From positions 1-54,791 of the forward strand of contig JAYENL010000278.1 in the NCBI GenBank assembly GCA_034722055.1: a DNA stretch of 54,791 nucleotides. The letters are read 5' to 3'. The stretch's first letter is position 1. Each line of letters begins with the position of its first letter. The notes beneath the pieces were generated by a model. The model saw nothing but the letters and a program-made list of their open reading frames with translations. It was not told where the DNA came from and made no database searches. Position numbers and translations under genes: made by a program. Source of the stretch: Armatimonadota bacterium. GTDB lineage: Bacteria > Armatimonadota > Zipacnadia > Zipacnadales > UBA5352. Below, one piece after another: positions 1-9,803 of this stretch.

Positions 1-1
1 A

Positions 2-216
2 GGCTGCCCGCCGCTCCGTACGGCAAAGGCAGCCACGCGAGGCGTCATGGAGGGGCCGGACTACTGTCCGGCCCGTCGTTCCTTCGCCGCAGGCGGGAGA
101 GGGGGAGACGGCAACGGCAAACAGCCGGCGGGCAGGGCTGCCCGCCGCTCCGTACGGCAAAGGCAGCCACGCGAGGCGTCATGGAGGGGCCGGACTACTG
201 TCCGGCCCGTCGTTCC
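2..216. repeat. Two identical 81-bp direct repeats (2-82 and 136-216) with REP-like hairpins
   Basis: Exact match at an offset of 134 nt. Each copy carries TGGAG followed by the hairpin GGGCCGGAC-TACT-GTCCGGCCC. GGCGGGCAG-GG-CTGCCCGCC (about 127-146) is also palindromic. Confidence 0.9.
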
Positions 217-365
217 GTACGACGTTTCGGCGGCGAGAGAGCGAGAATGGGGGATGGGGCGCTCCATTCCCCCCTCCCGCGTGCGCCACGTCGTGTGTGG
301 CGCCAGGGAGGGGGGTGGGCCGAGCGAAGCTCGGGTCGGGGGGAGGCGCCGTTGCTGCCGTAGCC

Positions 366-1343
366 TCACGAGATGTCGATGGAGGCCACGTAGATGCCCG
401 CGCGATGACCCGTGCCTGAGTAGTAGCTGAGCAGCAGCTCATCGCCACCCACGTAGTGGGCGCCGGCGTAGGAGTTGTCTCCCTGGCGCTCGGGAGCCCA
501 GTCCGGCGCCGGGAGGACGAGAAGCTCCTCAAGCTGGAAGTCATCTGTGACCCGATACAGCCGGGTGTCGCGCAGCGTGCCCTCCTCGGTCGGCTCCATG
601 AGCCTGCCGCAGACGTAGAGCGTCCCCTCCGCCTGCGTGAGCATCGGGCCGCGCACGTCAAGGGGCTGATCGTGCTGCTCCCACTGGGTGTATGGCGGGG
701 CGGAGGTCTTGAAGGGCGTGCCCGCGCCACCCGCCTCCTCGCGACGCACGAAGGCCACCAGCGTACCATCATCGAGGAACTCGATGTCGGTCTCGTTCGC
801 GCGCTCGCCCTCGTGGATCATCGAGACGAACTCCCAGCGCTGCATGTCGGTGGAGCGCCACAGGGAGGCGTGCTCCTCGCGGCCCGGCTCGGGGTTCGAG
901 CAGTGATTGGCGACCCACATGGCCCCAGCGTGCTCGCGCGGGCGCCAGAAGCGGTGGTCGATCGGCTCCAGGACGGTCCCAGGCGACCAGTGCTCCCCGT
1001 CCGTGGTGCTGCACCCCACGCTCTGGAAGCGGAACCGTCGTGCGCCCCGCGTCATCTCCTCCGGGAAGTCCGGGGTGCGCGTGGGCCCGAGCACCCACAG
1101 CCTGCCGCCCCACTCCGCCAGCTTCGGATCGCGATCATCCAGCACCGTGGAGAGCAGCGCCACCTGCTGCCAGCTCTTCAGGTCGGCCGAGGCCATGACG
1201 CGGGTCTGCCCGTCGAGACTCCCGTGGGCGGTCCCGCTGCGAAAGCAGACGTAGTACCTGCCCCGGAACAGCCTGATGTCCGTGAAGGCGTTGTGCCTGC
1301 CGTCCTCGTAGATCTCGCGCAGCCACTTGATGCGGTCGCTCAC
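366..1343 (-). CDS. BNR/Asp-box (sialidase-like) beta-propeller protein
   Basis: HNAFTD..F, DDRDPK, S.D...W Asp-box-like repeats (SADLKSW, STTDGEHW, STDMQRW), NETD and GDNSYAG motifs; GGAGG upstream of the GTG start. Confidence 0.75.
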   Translation of the reverse strand: MSDRIKWLREIYEDGRHNAFTDIRLFRGRYYVCFRSGTAHGSLDGQTRVMASADLKSWQQVALLSTVLDDRDPKLAEWGGRLWVLGPTRTPDFPEEMTRGARRFRFQSVGCSTTDGEHWSPGTVLEPIDHRFWRPREHAGAMWVANHCSNPEPGREEHASLWRSTDMQRWEFVSMIHEGERANETDIEFLDDGTLVAFVRREEAGGAGTPFKTSAPPYTQWEQHDQPLDVRGPMLTQAEGTLYVCGRLMEPTEEGTLRDTRLYRVTDDFQLEELLVLPAPDWAPERQGDNSYAGAHYVGGDELLLSYYSGTGHRAGIYVASIDIS

Positions 1344-1526
1344 ATCTGACCCTCCCTCACCTGAGTGCGTGGCGCCGGCGGTCTCTCATGGAGCAGTCCC
1401 GGATGGCCGGGATCGCCACGGTCTGCTTCTCTACCCAGGGGCGATGGCCTTCCGTGGGAGGGCCACGGCCGTCACGCGGCGAACGGGTCGCGCCAGGTGC
1501 TACTACACGTCAGCGGAGGCACGGCC

Positions 1527-2504
1527 ATGTCCGTTACCGTCGCAATCGTCGGCTGCGGCCACATCGCGAGGCGCCATATTCACAGCTACCAGCTCGTGGA
1601 GGATGCGGAGTTCGTGGGGATGTGCGACCTGGTGTCTGAGAAGGCTGATGCGTATGCCGAGGAGTTCGGGGGGCGAGCCTACACCGACGTCGTCAATATG
1701 CTGGAGAGCGAGGCGCCTCAGATCGTGGATGTGTGCACGCGCGAGCAGGACCGCGATGTGCCCGTCATACAGGCCGTGGAGCGGGGGTTCACGACCATCG
1801 CGGAGAAGCCGCTGTACTCGGCCCAGCATCAGTTCAAGGTGCAGCCGGGGGACGTGGAGGTAGGGCGGAGGATGGTGGAGGCGGCGCAGGCCGGCGGCGC
1901 GGAGCTGTTCGTGGCATACAACTACAGGTTCGGCGAGTACGCCCGGCGCCTGAAGAAGATGATCGATGGTGAGGAGCTGGGGGAGCTGCAGTACGTGCAT
2001 GCCTCGACGCGGCTGGCCTGCTGGTCGCACGTTATCGATCTGATCCGGTGGTTCTGCGGGGATATCGAGGCCGTGGCGGCGGCGATGTCGGGACCTGACG
2101 ACGCGCTGACGCGGGCGGGGAGCCTGCGGTTCGCTGGCGGCTTCGTGGGGACGCTGCTGGGTGAGGGCATCCGGCCGGGCTTCCACGACATGCTCCGCAT
2201 CGAGATCGCCGGCAGCAAGGGCACGGCGGTGCTGCGCGACATCGCAGGCGGCCTGGAGCACTACTCGAACGACCGTCCTCAGCGCACCATCGTGGAGCAG
2301 GCGCACGACAATCCCCGTTCGGGCTTCCTGACCACGTTCGAGCGGGAGATTGCGGCCCTGTGCGAGCACATCCGCGACGGCACCGCCGTGCCGCTGGCGA
2401 CGGGCGAGGACGGGCTGCGGGAGCTGGAGGTGGACGCCGCCTATCATATGGCGGCCGAGTGGGGCGAGTGGGTGGACATCCGGGAGCAGTGGGGTGAGGG
2501 GTAG
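1527..2504 (+). CDS. Gfo/Idh/MocA family oxidoreductase
   Basis: N-terminal VAIVGCGHIA Rossmann motif, AEKP, YNYRF, SHVIDLIRW; GGAGG before ATG 1527. Confidence 0.9.
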   Translation: MSVTVAIVGCGHIARRHIHSYQLVEDAEFVGMCDLVSEKADAYAEEFGGRAYTDVVNMLESEAPQIVDVCTREQDRDVPVIQAVERGFTTIAEKPLYSAQHQFKVQPGDVEVGRRMVEAAQAGGAELFVAYNYRFGEYARRLKKMIDGEELGELQYVHASTRLACWSHVIDLIRWFCGDIEAVAAAMSGPDDALTRAGSLRFAGGFVGTLLGEGIRPGFHDMLRIEIAGSKGTAVLRDIAGGLEHYSNDRPQRTIVEQAHDNPRSGFLTTFEREIAALCEHIRDGTAVPLATGEDGLRELEVDAAYHMAAEWGEWVDIREQWGEG

Positions 2505-2543
2505 GCCGCGGCCAGCGACGACGACTTCGTGCTCAGATAAGCT

Positions 2544-3545
2544 TCACCCGGCCCAGTCCAGGATTACCGCCCCGGCCTGGCCACGGTCGGCCATGAGCAT
2601 CTCGTAGGCCTCCGGGGCGTCGGTGAAGTCATAGCGGTGGGTGATGAGATGGTCCACCCGCACCTCGCCGGCGGCCATGAGGTCGAAAAGCAGCTCGGTG
2701 TTGCGCGCGGCCGTCCACTGATTATACCAGGTCTCGCAGGGCGGGTGGGAGCCGTTATGGGCGCCGATGATGGTGTGGCTGGGTGAGTTGACGTAGTCGT
2801 GGAAGTCGAACTGCGTCTTCCCGCGGGGGCTCGAGAGGATGACGATGCGGCCCTGGCGGTGCAGCAGGTCCATTTCGCGTGGGATCAGCTCCTGCACGCC
2901 GGTGACCTCAAAGACGCAGTCGGCCATCCGCCCGCGCGTGGCCTGCTCAACAGCGGCGCCCACGTCCTCGTCGCCCCCAAGCACCAGGTCGGCGCCGCCC
3001 TGTATGGCGAAGTCGCGGCGGATCTCCGACAGGTCCACGCCCGCCACCGGTCGGGCGCCATCCAGCCGGGCGAGTTGAGCCACGAACTGGCCGATGACGC
3101 CCAGGCCGTAGACCACCACGCACTCGCCCATCTCCAGCCGCGCGCGCCGCACGCCGTTGAAGGCGATGCGCCCCAGCATCCACAGCGCGGCCTCCTCGTG
3201 AGCCACGCCCTCGGGGATTCGATGGGCGGCGCCCGCTGGAACCGTCACCCGGGCGGCATGCTTCGCTCCCGTCGCGACGCGGTCGCCGATGGCAAAGCCC
3301 TCCACCTCGTCGCCGACCTCCTCCACCACGCCCACGTGGCAGTACCCCGGGCGCATGGGAAAGCTGGTGATCTGATCCCAGCGCGAGCCCTCCGGGAAGT
3401 CGGCCATGAGCATGGTCAGCTCAGTGCCGGTGGAGATGGCGGTCTTGGTGGTGCGCAGCAGCAGGTCGTGGGGACCCGGCTGGGGGGTCTCGGCGGACTG
3501 CACAGCGACCTGCCGAACGTCGGTGAATGCCACTTCATGGTTCAT
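2544..3545 (-). CDS. Zinc-binding (MDR family) alcohol/sugar dehydrogenase
   Basis: ISTGTEL, PGYCHVG, VYGLGVIGQ NAD-binding motif, LITHRY; GGGAGG upstream of ATG 3545. Confidence 0.88.
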   Translation of the reverse strand: MNHEVAFTDVRQVAVQSAETPQPGPHDLLLRTTKTAISTGTELTMLMADFPEGSRWDQITSFPMRPGYCHVGVVEEVGDEVEGFAIGDRVATGAKHAARVTVPAGAAHRIPEGVAHEEAALWMLGRIAFNGVRRARLEMGECVVVYGLGVIGQFVAQLARLDGARPVAGVDLSEIRRDFAIQGGADLVLGGDEDVGAAVEQATRGRMADCVFEVTGVQELIPREMDLLHRQGRIVILSSPRGKTQFDFHDYVNSPSHTIIGAHNGSHPPCETWYNQWTAARNTELLFDLMAAGEVRVDHLITHRYDFTDAPEAYEMLMADRGQAGAVILDWAG

Positions 3546-3653
3546 AGAGTGCGCCTCCCGGCGCGTTGCTGCGTAATGCTCACTTCCCAAGTCGCTGGAT
3601 GGTGACGATGGGTGCAGCGGGCCGGCTCGATTGTCGTGAGTATGGTCGCATTC

Positions 3654-3793
3654 ACGCGAAGGGGCCACTGCGCGCACTGCGCCTGGTGAGGTCTGTGAGC
3701 CAAGCGAACGGGCCTGCGGTCTCACCTCCGGCCCAGATCACTGGGAAGCCGGCGCCCTCGCCGGCTTGTGGCGCGCAGCGCCACTGACTTCGC
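3654..3793. repeat. Intergenic REP/REPIN-like element, homologous to 10976-11146
   Basis: 3661-3714 matches the reverse complement of 11089-11142 at 44/54 nt by manual alignment; CGCGAAG...CTTCGCG outer inverted ends. Confidence 0.7.
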
Positions 3794-3911
3794 GCGGCTT
3801 CACTGAATCCCCGACCGCTGACGACGTGCGGGCGAGGGCGCCCGCACCCCAAGGGGCTAATCAGGCACGTTGGGCGGGCTTGGCGAAGACGCGACAGGCC
3901 GAGGCCGCGGC

Positions 3912-6353
3912 TCAGAGGCGCACCTCCGTCGCCCCCGAGCCCCCCTCGCCGATCTCGGCCAGCGAGAAGTCGCTCACATAGCGGTGCTTCCGCAGGTACT
4001 CGTGCACGCCCTCCCGCAGCGCGCCGGTGCCCTTGCCGTGGATGATGCGCACGTGGTCTGCGCCGGCCAGCATGGCGTCGTCGAGATACTTCGACAGCGC
4101 CGTGATGGCCTCGTCCACCGTCATGCCTCGCAGGTCGATCTCGTCATCGAAGCTGAGCGACTTCTTCGCCCGCATTCGCTGGTGAATCTCCTGGGCCTCG
4201 GGCGAAGGCTGGGTCTGCGCCGGCTTCAGCTCCTCGGCGCGCGTCTCCACGGTCATGTTGCCGACGCGGACCTCGACCTGGCCGTCGTCGGAGGCCTGCA
4301 CCACCTCGCCGTCGCGGCCCAGGGAGGGCACGTGAACACGGTCGCCGGCGTACACCTCGAACACCTCGGGCTCGGGCGACGCCTCCTCCTCGACGGCCGC
4401 CTCCTCGCGTTCCCGCCGACGCTGCCGCTCCTGGCGCTCCCGCCGCAGCTCCTGGAGGCGCCGCTGCGCCTCCCGGCGCATCTCGGCAAGGCGCTGGCGG
4501 CCCTCCTCGGTGACCTTGGACTGCCGAGGCTGGCGCTGGAGGCGCGCGATGATCCCCCGAGCCTCCTCCTCGGCCTCCCGGACGATCTCCAGGGCCTCCT
4601 CGAAGCCCTCCTCGAGGGCCTCGTCGCGCTGCCGCTCCAGCTCCTCGATCCGCTGCTCGTGCTCCCGCTGCAGCCGTTCGGCCTCCGCACGAGCCTCGCG
4701 CGCCTGTGACTGCTCGCGATCCATCGCCCGCCGGGAGCCCTCCACCTGCCTGATGAGGTCCTCGAAGGCCATCTGGTCGGGATCCAGGAACTCCGAGGCC
4801 CGGCCGGTGATGGTCCGCGGCAGGCCCAGGCGCTGGGCGATCTCCAGCGCGTTGCTGGAGCCGGCCGCGCCGATGCGCAGATGATACGTCGGCTGGAGGG
4901 TCTTTACGTCGAACTCCACCGAGGCGTTCTCGATGCCGTCCGTGGCGTAGGCGAAGGCCTTCAGGTCATTGTAGTGCGTGGTGACGACGGTGATGCAACC
5001 GGTGGCGTGGAGCTGCTCGATCACGGCCTGGGCCAGCGCCGCGCCCTCCGTGGGGTCGGTCCCGGCCCCGATCTCGTCCAGCAGCACCAGGGCGTTCACC
5101 GGCGCGTCCACGCCCTTGCGCCGATGCCGCCGCTCGTGGGCGGCCACGCGGTGGAGGACCTTCACGATCTGAGTCATGTGGGAGCTGAAGGTGGACAGGG
5201 ACTGCTCGATGCTCTGCTCGTCGCCGATGTCCGCGAAGACCTCCTCGAACACCGAGACCTCGCTGCCGGGGTCGGCGGGAATGTGCATGCCGGCCTGGGC
5301 CATGAGGGTCAGCAGGCCCACGGTCTTCAGCGCCACCGTCTTGCCGCCGGTGTTGGGGCCGGTGATGATGAGAGTGTCAAAGGCCTCCCCGCCCCACACG
5401 GTGATGGGCACGACCTCCTCGGGGGTGAGCAGAGGATGCCGCGCGCCCCGGAGTGAGAACACGCGGTCCTCGCGCACCACGGGGTTGGTGGCGTCCATGC
5501 GCTGGGCAAGGCGGGCCTTGGCGCAGATGAAGTCCAGGACGCCGAGGGTCCGCTGGTCGGCCTCCAGCGACGACGCCAGCGCCCCGATGAGCTGCGACAG
5601 CTCCATCAGGATGCGCCGGACCTCCTCCTTGATGGCCAGCTCAGTGTCGCGCAGGCGGTTGCCGAGGTCCACGAGCTCCTGGGGTTCGATGAAGACCGTC
5701 GCGCCGCTGTCGGAGCGGTCGTGGACGATGCCCGGAACCCGGCTCTGATGCTGCGAGTCCACGGGGATGCAGTAGCGGCCGCTGCGCTGCACGATGAGCC
5801 GCTCGCGGGCGGCGCCGGACTGCGCCGCGCTGTCCAGGATGCGCTCCAGCCGCTCGTGCAGCGTCTCGCGCAGGTCCTCCTCTCGCCGCCGCAGCCGCAC
5901 CAGCTCATCGGAGGCGTCGTCCCGGACCTCGCCCTCCTCGTCGATGGCCCGCTCCACGCGCTCCTCCAGGTCCTCGTAGAGGCCGAGGCGCTGTGAGAAG
6001 TCGGCCACGTCGGGCGCCTCCTCGCGGGCGGCCTCGAAGTAATCGGCGACCAGCCGCGCCGCGCGGGCATTGGCGGTCACGCGCAGGATCTCCTGGCCCT
6101 CAAGGCCGCGTCCCGCCGCCGCACGCTCCAGCATCTCGGAGACGTCCGTCACGCCGCCGAAGGGCGGTCGTCCGAACTCCTGCAGGGCGATGCGGGCCTG
6201 GGCGGTCTCCGACAGACGCGTGCGCACCCACTCGGGGTCGGTGTTGGGCTTGAGGCGCTCGGCACGCCCCCGCCCCAGAGAGCAGGCGCATGTAGCGCAG
6301 AGGCGCTCGATGATGTTGGGGTACTCCAGCACCTCGAGGGTATGTGAGTCCAT
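3912..6353 (-). CDS. mutS2: Endonuclease MutS2
   Basis: ITGPNTGGKT Walker A, DIGDEQSIEQSLSTFSSHM, LLDEIGAGTDP, coiled coil, KOW-like domain, C-terminal Smr domain (IDLRG...IIHGKGTG). Confidence 0.97.
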   Translation of the reverse strand: MDSHTLEVLEYPNIIERLCATCACSLGRGRAERLKPNTDPEWVRTRLSETAQARIALQEFGRPPFGGVTDVSEMLERAAAGRGLEGQEILRVTANARAARLVADYFEAAREEAPDVADFSQRLGLYEDLEERVERAIDEEGEVRDDASDELVRLRRREEDLRETLHERLERILDSAAQSGAARERLIVQRSGRYCIPVDSQHQSRVPGIVHDRSDSGATVFIEPQELVDLGNRLRDTELAIKEEVRRILMELSQLIGALASSLEADQRTLGVLDFICAKARLAQRMDATNPVVREDRVFSLRGARHPLLTPEEVVPITVWGGEAFDTLIITGPNTGGKTVALKTVGLLTLMAQAGMHIPADPGSEVSVFEEVFADIGDEQSIEQSLSTFSSHMTQIVKVLHRVAAHERRHRRKGVDAPVNALVLLDEIGAGTDPTEGAALAQAVIEQLHATGCITVVTTHYNDLKAFAYATDGIENASVEFDVKTLQPTYHLRIGAAGSSNALEIAQRLGLPRTITGRASEFLDPDQMAFEDLIRQVEGSRRAMDREQSQAREARAEAERLQREHEQRIEELERQRDEALEEGFEEALEIVREAEEEARGIIARLQRQPRQSKVTEEGRQRLAEMRREAQRRLQELRRERQERQRRREREEAAVEEEASPEPEVFEVYAGDRVHVPSLGRDGEVVQASDDGQVEVRVGNMTVETRAEELKPAQTQPSPEAQEIHQRMRAKKSLSFDDEIDLRGMTVDEAITALSKYLDDAMLAGADHVRIIHGKGTGALREGVHEYLRKHRYVSDFSLAEIGEGGSGATEVRL

Positions 6354-6370
6354 GGCAGTCGCTCAGCTTC

Positions 6371-7423
6371 TCAGGCGTTCGGGGCCTGCTGTCGCTCCTT
6401 GTGCTGGCGTATGACCTCGTCCACGGCCTCGTCCACCCGCCGGGTCTGCTCGGGATGTGGGGGCGGATCGAGCTGATGCCACTGGGCCTCCGGCTTGCGC
6501 ATCAGTGCCCGGGCGGTGGCCTCCACGGACTCCGGCAGGCCGATCTGCAGGTCGTACCCGCCCTCCAGGACGCAGGTGAGGCGGCCATCGCAGAGGTCCC
6601 GCGCTGCGGTCAGCAGTCCCACCGTCATCAGGAAGAAGCCCCGCGCGGTCAGGGACAACTGCACCAGCGGATCGCGGAAGTGCGGGTCGAAGCCGGCCGA
6701 GACCAGGATGGCGTCGGGCTGGTAGGCGGCCAGCGCGGGCATCACCACCTCATCGAAGGCCCTGAGGTGGTGGATGTCCTGGGCATGCGGCGGGAAGGGG
6801 AGGTTCATGGTCCGGCCGAAGCCGGCCTCCACGCCGATCTCCCCGATGCTGCCCGTCCCCGGGAACAGCGGCGTCTGGTGCAGCGAGATGTAGAGGACGT
6901 CTTCGCGATGGTAGAAGGCCTCGTGCGTCCCGTTGCCGTGGTGGCCGTCGAAGTCCACGATGGCCACGCTGGTGGCGCCGTCGCGAATCAGGGCCTGGGC
7001 GGCGATGGCCAGGTTGTTGAAGAAGCAGAAGCCCATGCCCCGCCCCGGCCGGGCGTGATGGCCCGGCGGTCGCACCAGGCACAGCGCGTTGTCGGCCTCT
7101 CGGGCATGGACCGCTCGCGCGGCATCGATGCAGCCGCCGGCAGCCAGGCGCGCCGCGTCCCAGGTCATCTCGGTGGCGCGGGTGTCCAGGTCCAGGTCCC
7201 CACCGCCTGCTCGCGAGAGGTCCCGCACCTCCATGACGTACTGCTCGGAGTGTATCCAGCACAGCTCCTCGATCTCCGCCGGTCGGGTCGGCAGCCGCCG
7301 CATCTCGTCCAGCAAGCCGGTCTCGCGCAGCCGCTGCATGCACACCTCCAGCCGCTCTGCGGACTCGGGGTGATGCTCCACTCCGTGCTCGAGGAACACC
7401 TCGTCGTAGACCAGTCCTGTCAC
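6371..7423 (-). CDS. Histone deacetylase (HDAC/AcuC) family protein
   Basis: HPESAERL, RPPGHHA, GMGFCFFNN, DFDGHHGNGT, SAGFDPH, LEGGY motifs; GTG start at 7423 after GGAGG. Confidence 0.93.
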   Translation of the reverse strand: MTGLVYDEVFLEHGVEHHPESAERLEVCMQRLRETGLLDEMRRLPTRPAEIEELCWIHSEQYVMEVRDLSRAGGGDLDLDTRATEMTWDAARLAAGGCIDAARAVHAREADNALCLVRPPGHHARPGRGMGFCFFNNLAIAAQALIRDGATSVAIVDFDGHHGNGTHEAFYHREDVLYISLHQTPLFPGTGSIGEIGVEAGFGRTMNLPFPPHAQDIHHLRAFDEVVMPALAAYQPDAILVSAGFDPHFRDPLVQLSLTARGFFLMTVGLLTAARDLCDGRLTCVLEGGYDLQIGLPESVEATARALMRKPEAQWHQLDPPPHPEQTRRVDEAVDEVIRQHKERQQAPNA

Positions 7424-7553
7424 GCTGTCGGTTTCCTCCCTGCGGGTGCCGGCATGAGCAGCGCCTCCCATGCGGGTGGGGACGCACGGGAGGCGCAGTC
7501 CAACGGTCGGCACGGTCCATATGGATTGACGTCTCGGGCCCGCCGACTGTTCC

Positions 7554-8378
7554 CTACGTCACATCCGCCAGGGCCTGCTTGAGCGTCTCCAGGCCCTTGG
7601 CCGCGTGCTCCCGTGGATCGGGCTCGAAGTCGAAGACCTCGATGGAGCAGTAGCCCTGGTAGTCGATGTCCACCAGGGCCTGCATGATGGGCCGGAAGTC
7701 CACCTCGCCCCAGCCCGGCGCCCGCTGATTGAGGTCGTTGCAGTGATAGTGGAAGAGCAGATCGCCCGTCTCCCGGATCGCCTCCGGCAGGTCGGATTCG
7801 GTCTGCAGCCCCGAGTAGGTGTCGAGGATCACGCCCACGTTGGGCAGGTCGATCTCCCGGCACATCTTCACGACCTCCAGGTGGTTGAACAGGAAGTTGT
7901 TGTTGGTGGAGGGCGCCAGAGGCTCGATGCAGACCCGAAAGTGCTCCGCACCGGGCATCGTGGCGCAGGCCGCCATGGCCTCCTTGAACCACTCCCAGCA
8001 TTGATGGTAGGTCACGCCCTCCTTCCGCGCCCGCTGGGCCGGCGAGCCCACCACCTCGTAGGTGGCCCCGATGTCCAGCCCGAAGCGCACCAGGTCCGTG
8101 CAGTAGGCCGTGGTGTTCTCGCGCACCTCCGGATCGGGATCGGTGATGTGCAGACCTGTCGGCCCCACCAGCAGCCAGTGAATACCGGCCGCACGAACGC
8201 CGGTGTCCGCCGAGGCCTGGCGGATGCGCTGTTTCTGCTCCTCGGTGATCTGCTGCACCCAGTCGTTGAGCGTGAAGGGCGCGATCTCCAGCGCGTCGAA
8301 GCCGATGTCCGCAGCGACGGCGAACTGCTTCTCGATCTCCCACTCCTTGAAGATCTCGTTACACAGAGCGAACTTCAC
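7554..8378 (-). CDS. Sugar phosphate isomerase/epimerase (xylose isomerase-like TIM barrel)
   Basis: C-terminal part of track ORF 7554-10943 starting at VKFALCNE; GFDALEIAP, CIEPL, LDTY, HYHCND, APGWG, SIEVF; GGAGG before GTG 8378. Confidence 0.88.
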   Translation of the reverse strand: MKFALCNEIFKEWEIEKQFAVAADIGFDALEIAPFTLNDWVQQITEEQKQRIRQASADTGVRAAGIHWLLVGPTGLHITDPDPEVRENTTAYCTDLVRFGLDIGATYEVVGSPAQRARKEGVTYHQCWEWFKEAMAACATMPGAEHFRVCIEPLAPSTNNNFLFNHLEVVKMCREIDLPNVGVILDTYSGLQTESDLPEAIRETGDLLFHYHCNDLNQRAPGWGEVDFRPIMQALVDIDYQGYCSIEVFDFEPDPREHAAKGLETLKQALADVT

Positions 8379-8534
8379 GGTATCGTCCTCCCGCCAAGGG
8401 CCGTTTGCGGTCGGTGTTACCTTCGGCGCACTGGCGGAGTTGACCTCCACGGACCCAGCCGACGTAGAAGGTCCTGGCGACGTCCGTGCAGAACCTCGCG
8501 CCGGAGTGCAGTCCACGATGAGGAGGCACCGGCT

Positions 8535-9785
8535 ATGAGCGGAAGCAACACGCTCGCCGTCGAGGGTGGGACGCCGGTCCGCGAGCGACCCTTCCGGGAT
8601 CGCGCTCCCTTCGGGCCCGCGGATCTGCAGCAGCTCCGGGAGGTCCTCGACCAGCAGACCGCGTTCTTCCCCACCGGCACGAAGGTCTACGAGTTCGAGC
8701 GCCGCTTCCGCGAGCTCTACGGCGTCTCGCACGCCGTGGCCTCCACCTCGGGGACCTCCGCCATCCACGTCGCGCTGGGGGCCATCAATCCCGAGCCCGG
8801 CCAGGAGGTCATCACCACGCCGGTCTCGGACATGGGCACGGTGGCGCCCATCGTGCTGTGCAACGCGGTGCCGATCTTCGCGGACGTGGAGCTGGGCACG
8901 TTCAACCTCGATCCCGACGACGTGGAGCGCAAGATCACCGACCGCACGCGCGCCATCATCGTGGTGCACTGCTGGGGGCAGCCGGCGCGCATGGACCGGA
9001 TCATGGCGATCGCCCGGGAGCACGATCTTGCGGTCATCGAGGACTGCTCGCAGTCGCACCTGACCCGGTATCGCGGGCAGCTCACCGGCACCATCGGCGA
9101 CCTGGGCGCCTTCAGCCTGCAGTCCTCCAAGCACCTGCAGTGCGGCGACGGCGGGGTGACGATCACCGATGACGAGGAGCTGGGCCGCCGCGCTACGGTC
9201 TACGTGGACAAGGGCTGCGACTGGACGGAGGACCGGCAGTATCGCCTCCGCTACGCCTTCATGGCGCCGTGCTATCGCATGACGGACCTGCAGGGCGCGG
9301 TGCTGTGCAGCCAGCTCGAGCGCCTGGAGTGGATCGTCAGCACCCGTCAGCGGCTCGGCGACGCGCTCGTTGAGATGCTGCAGGATGTCCCGGGCGTGCA
9401 CCCGCCCGAGCGCACCGAGGGCGCCGAGCACAGCTACTGGCATTTTCCTGTGCGGGTGGACAGCCAGGTGCTGGGCGTCTCCCGCGAAAAGTTCGTGGAG
9501 GCGGTGCAGGCCGAGGGCGTGCCCCTGGGCGGCAACTGGATCGGCAAGCCCCTCTACATGTTCGAGGCCCTGGCCCAGCGCATCGCCTACGGGACCTCGG
9601 ACTACCCCTGGGACGTCGGCCGCGAGGAGCCGGTCGAGTACCATGAGGGCCTGTGCCCTAACGCCGAGGTGGCGATGTCGCAGCTCTGCGTGCTGGTGCT
9701 GAATGAGCGCTGGAGCGATGACGACATCGCGGACTGCTCCGAGGCGATCCGGAAGGTCGCCGGCGCCTACGCCGCCCGGGCGTGA
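8535..9785 (+). CDS. DegT/DnrJ/EryC1/StrS family PLP-dependent aminotransferase
   Basis: SGTSAIH, VIEDCSQSH, FSLQSSKHL (PLP lysine), GDGG; AGGAGG before ATG 8535. Confidence 0.93.
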   Translation: MSGSNTLAVEGGTPVRERPFRDRAPFGPADLQQLREVLDQQTAFFPTGTKVYEFERRFRELYGVSHAVASTSGTSAIHVALGAINPEPGQEVITTPVSDMGTVAPIVLCNAVPIFADVELGTFNLDPDDVERKITDRTRAIIVVHCWGQPARMDRIMAIAREHDLAVIEDCSQSHLTRYRGQLTGTIGDLGAFSLQSSKHLQCGDGGVTITDDEELGRRATVYVDKGCDWTEDRQYRLRYAFMAPCYRMTDLQGAVLCSQLERLEWIVSTRQRLGDALVEMLQDVPGVHPPERTEGAEHSYWHFPVRVDSQVLGVSREKFVEAVQAEGVPLGGNWIGKPLYMFEALAQRIAYGTSDYPWDVGREEPVEYHEGLCPNAEVAMSQLCVLVLNERWSDDDIADCSEAIRKVAGAYAARA

Positions 9786-9803
9786 GACGTGGAGGTGCCG
9801 CCG

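Noticed and set aside
2..216. 81-bp repeats as CRISPR, and ORFs 47-430, 61-369 and 181-363
   Set aside because: The repeat is too long and only two copies are visible; the ORFs are low-complexity translations of repeat DNA.
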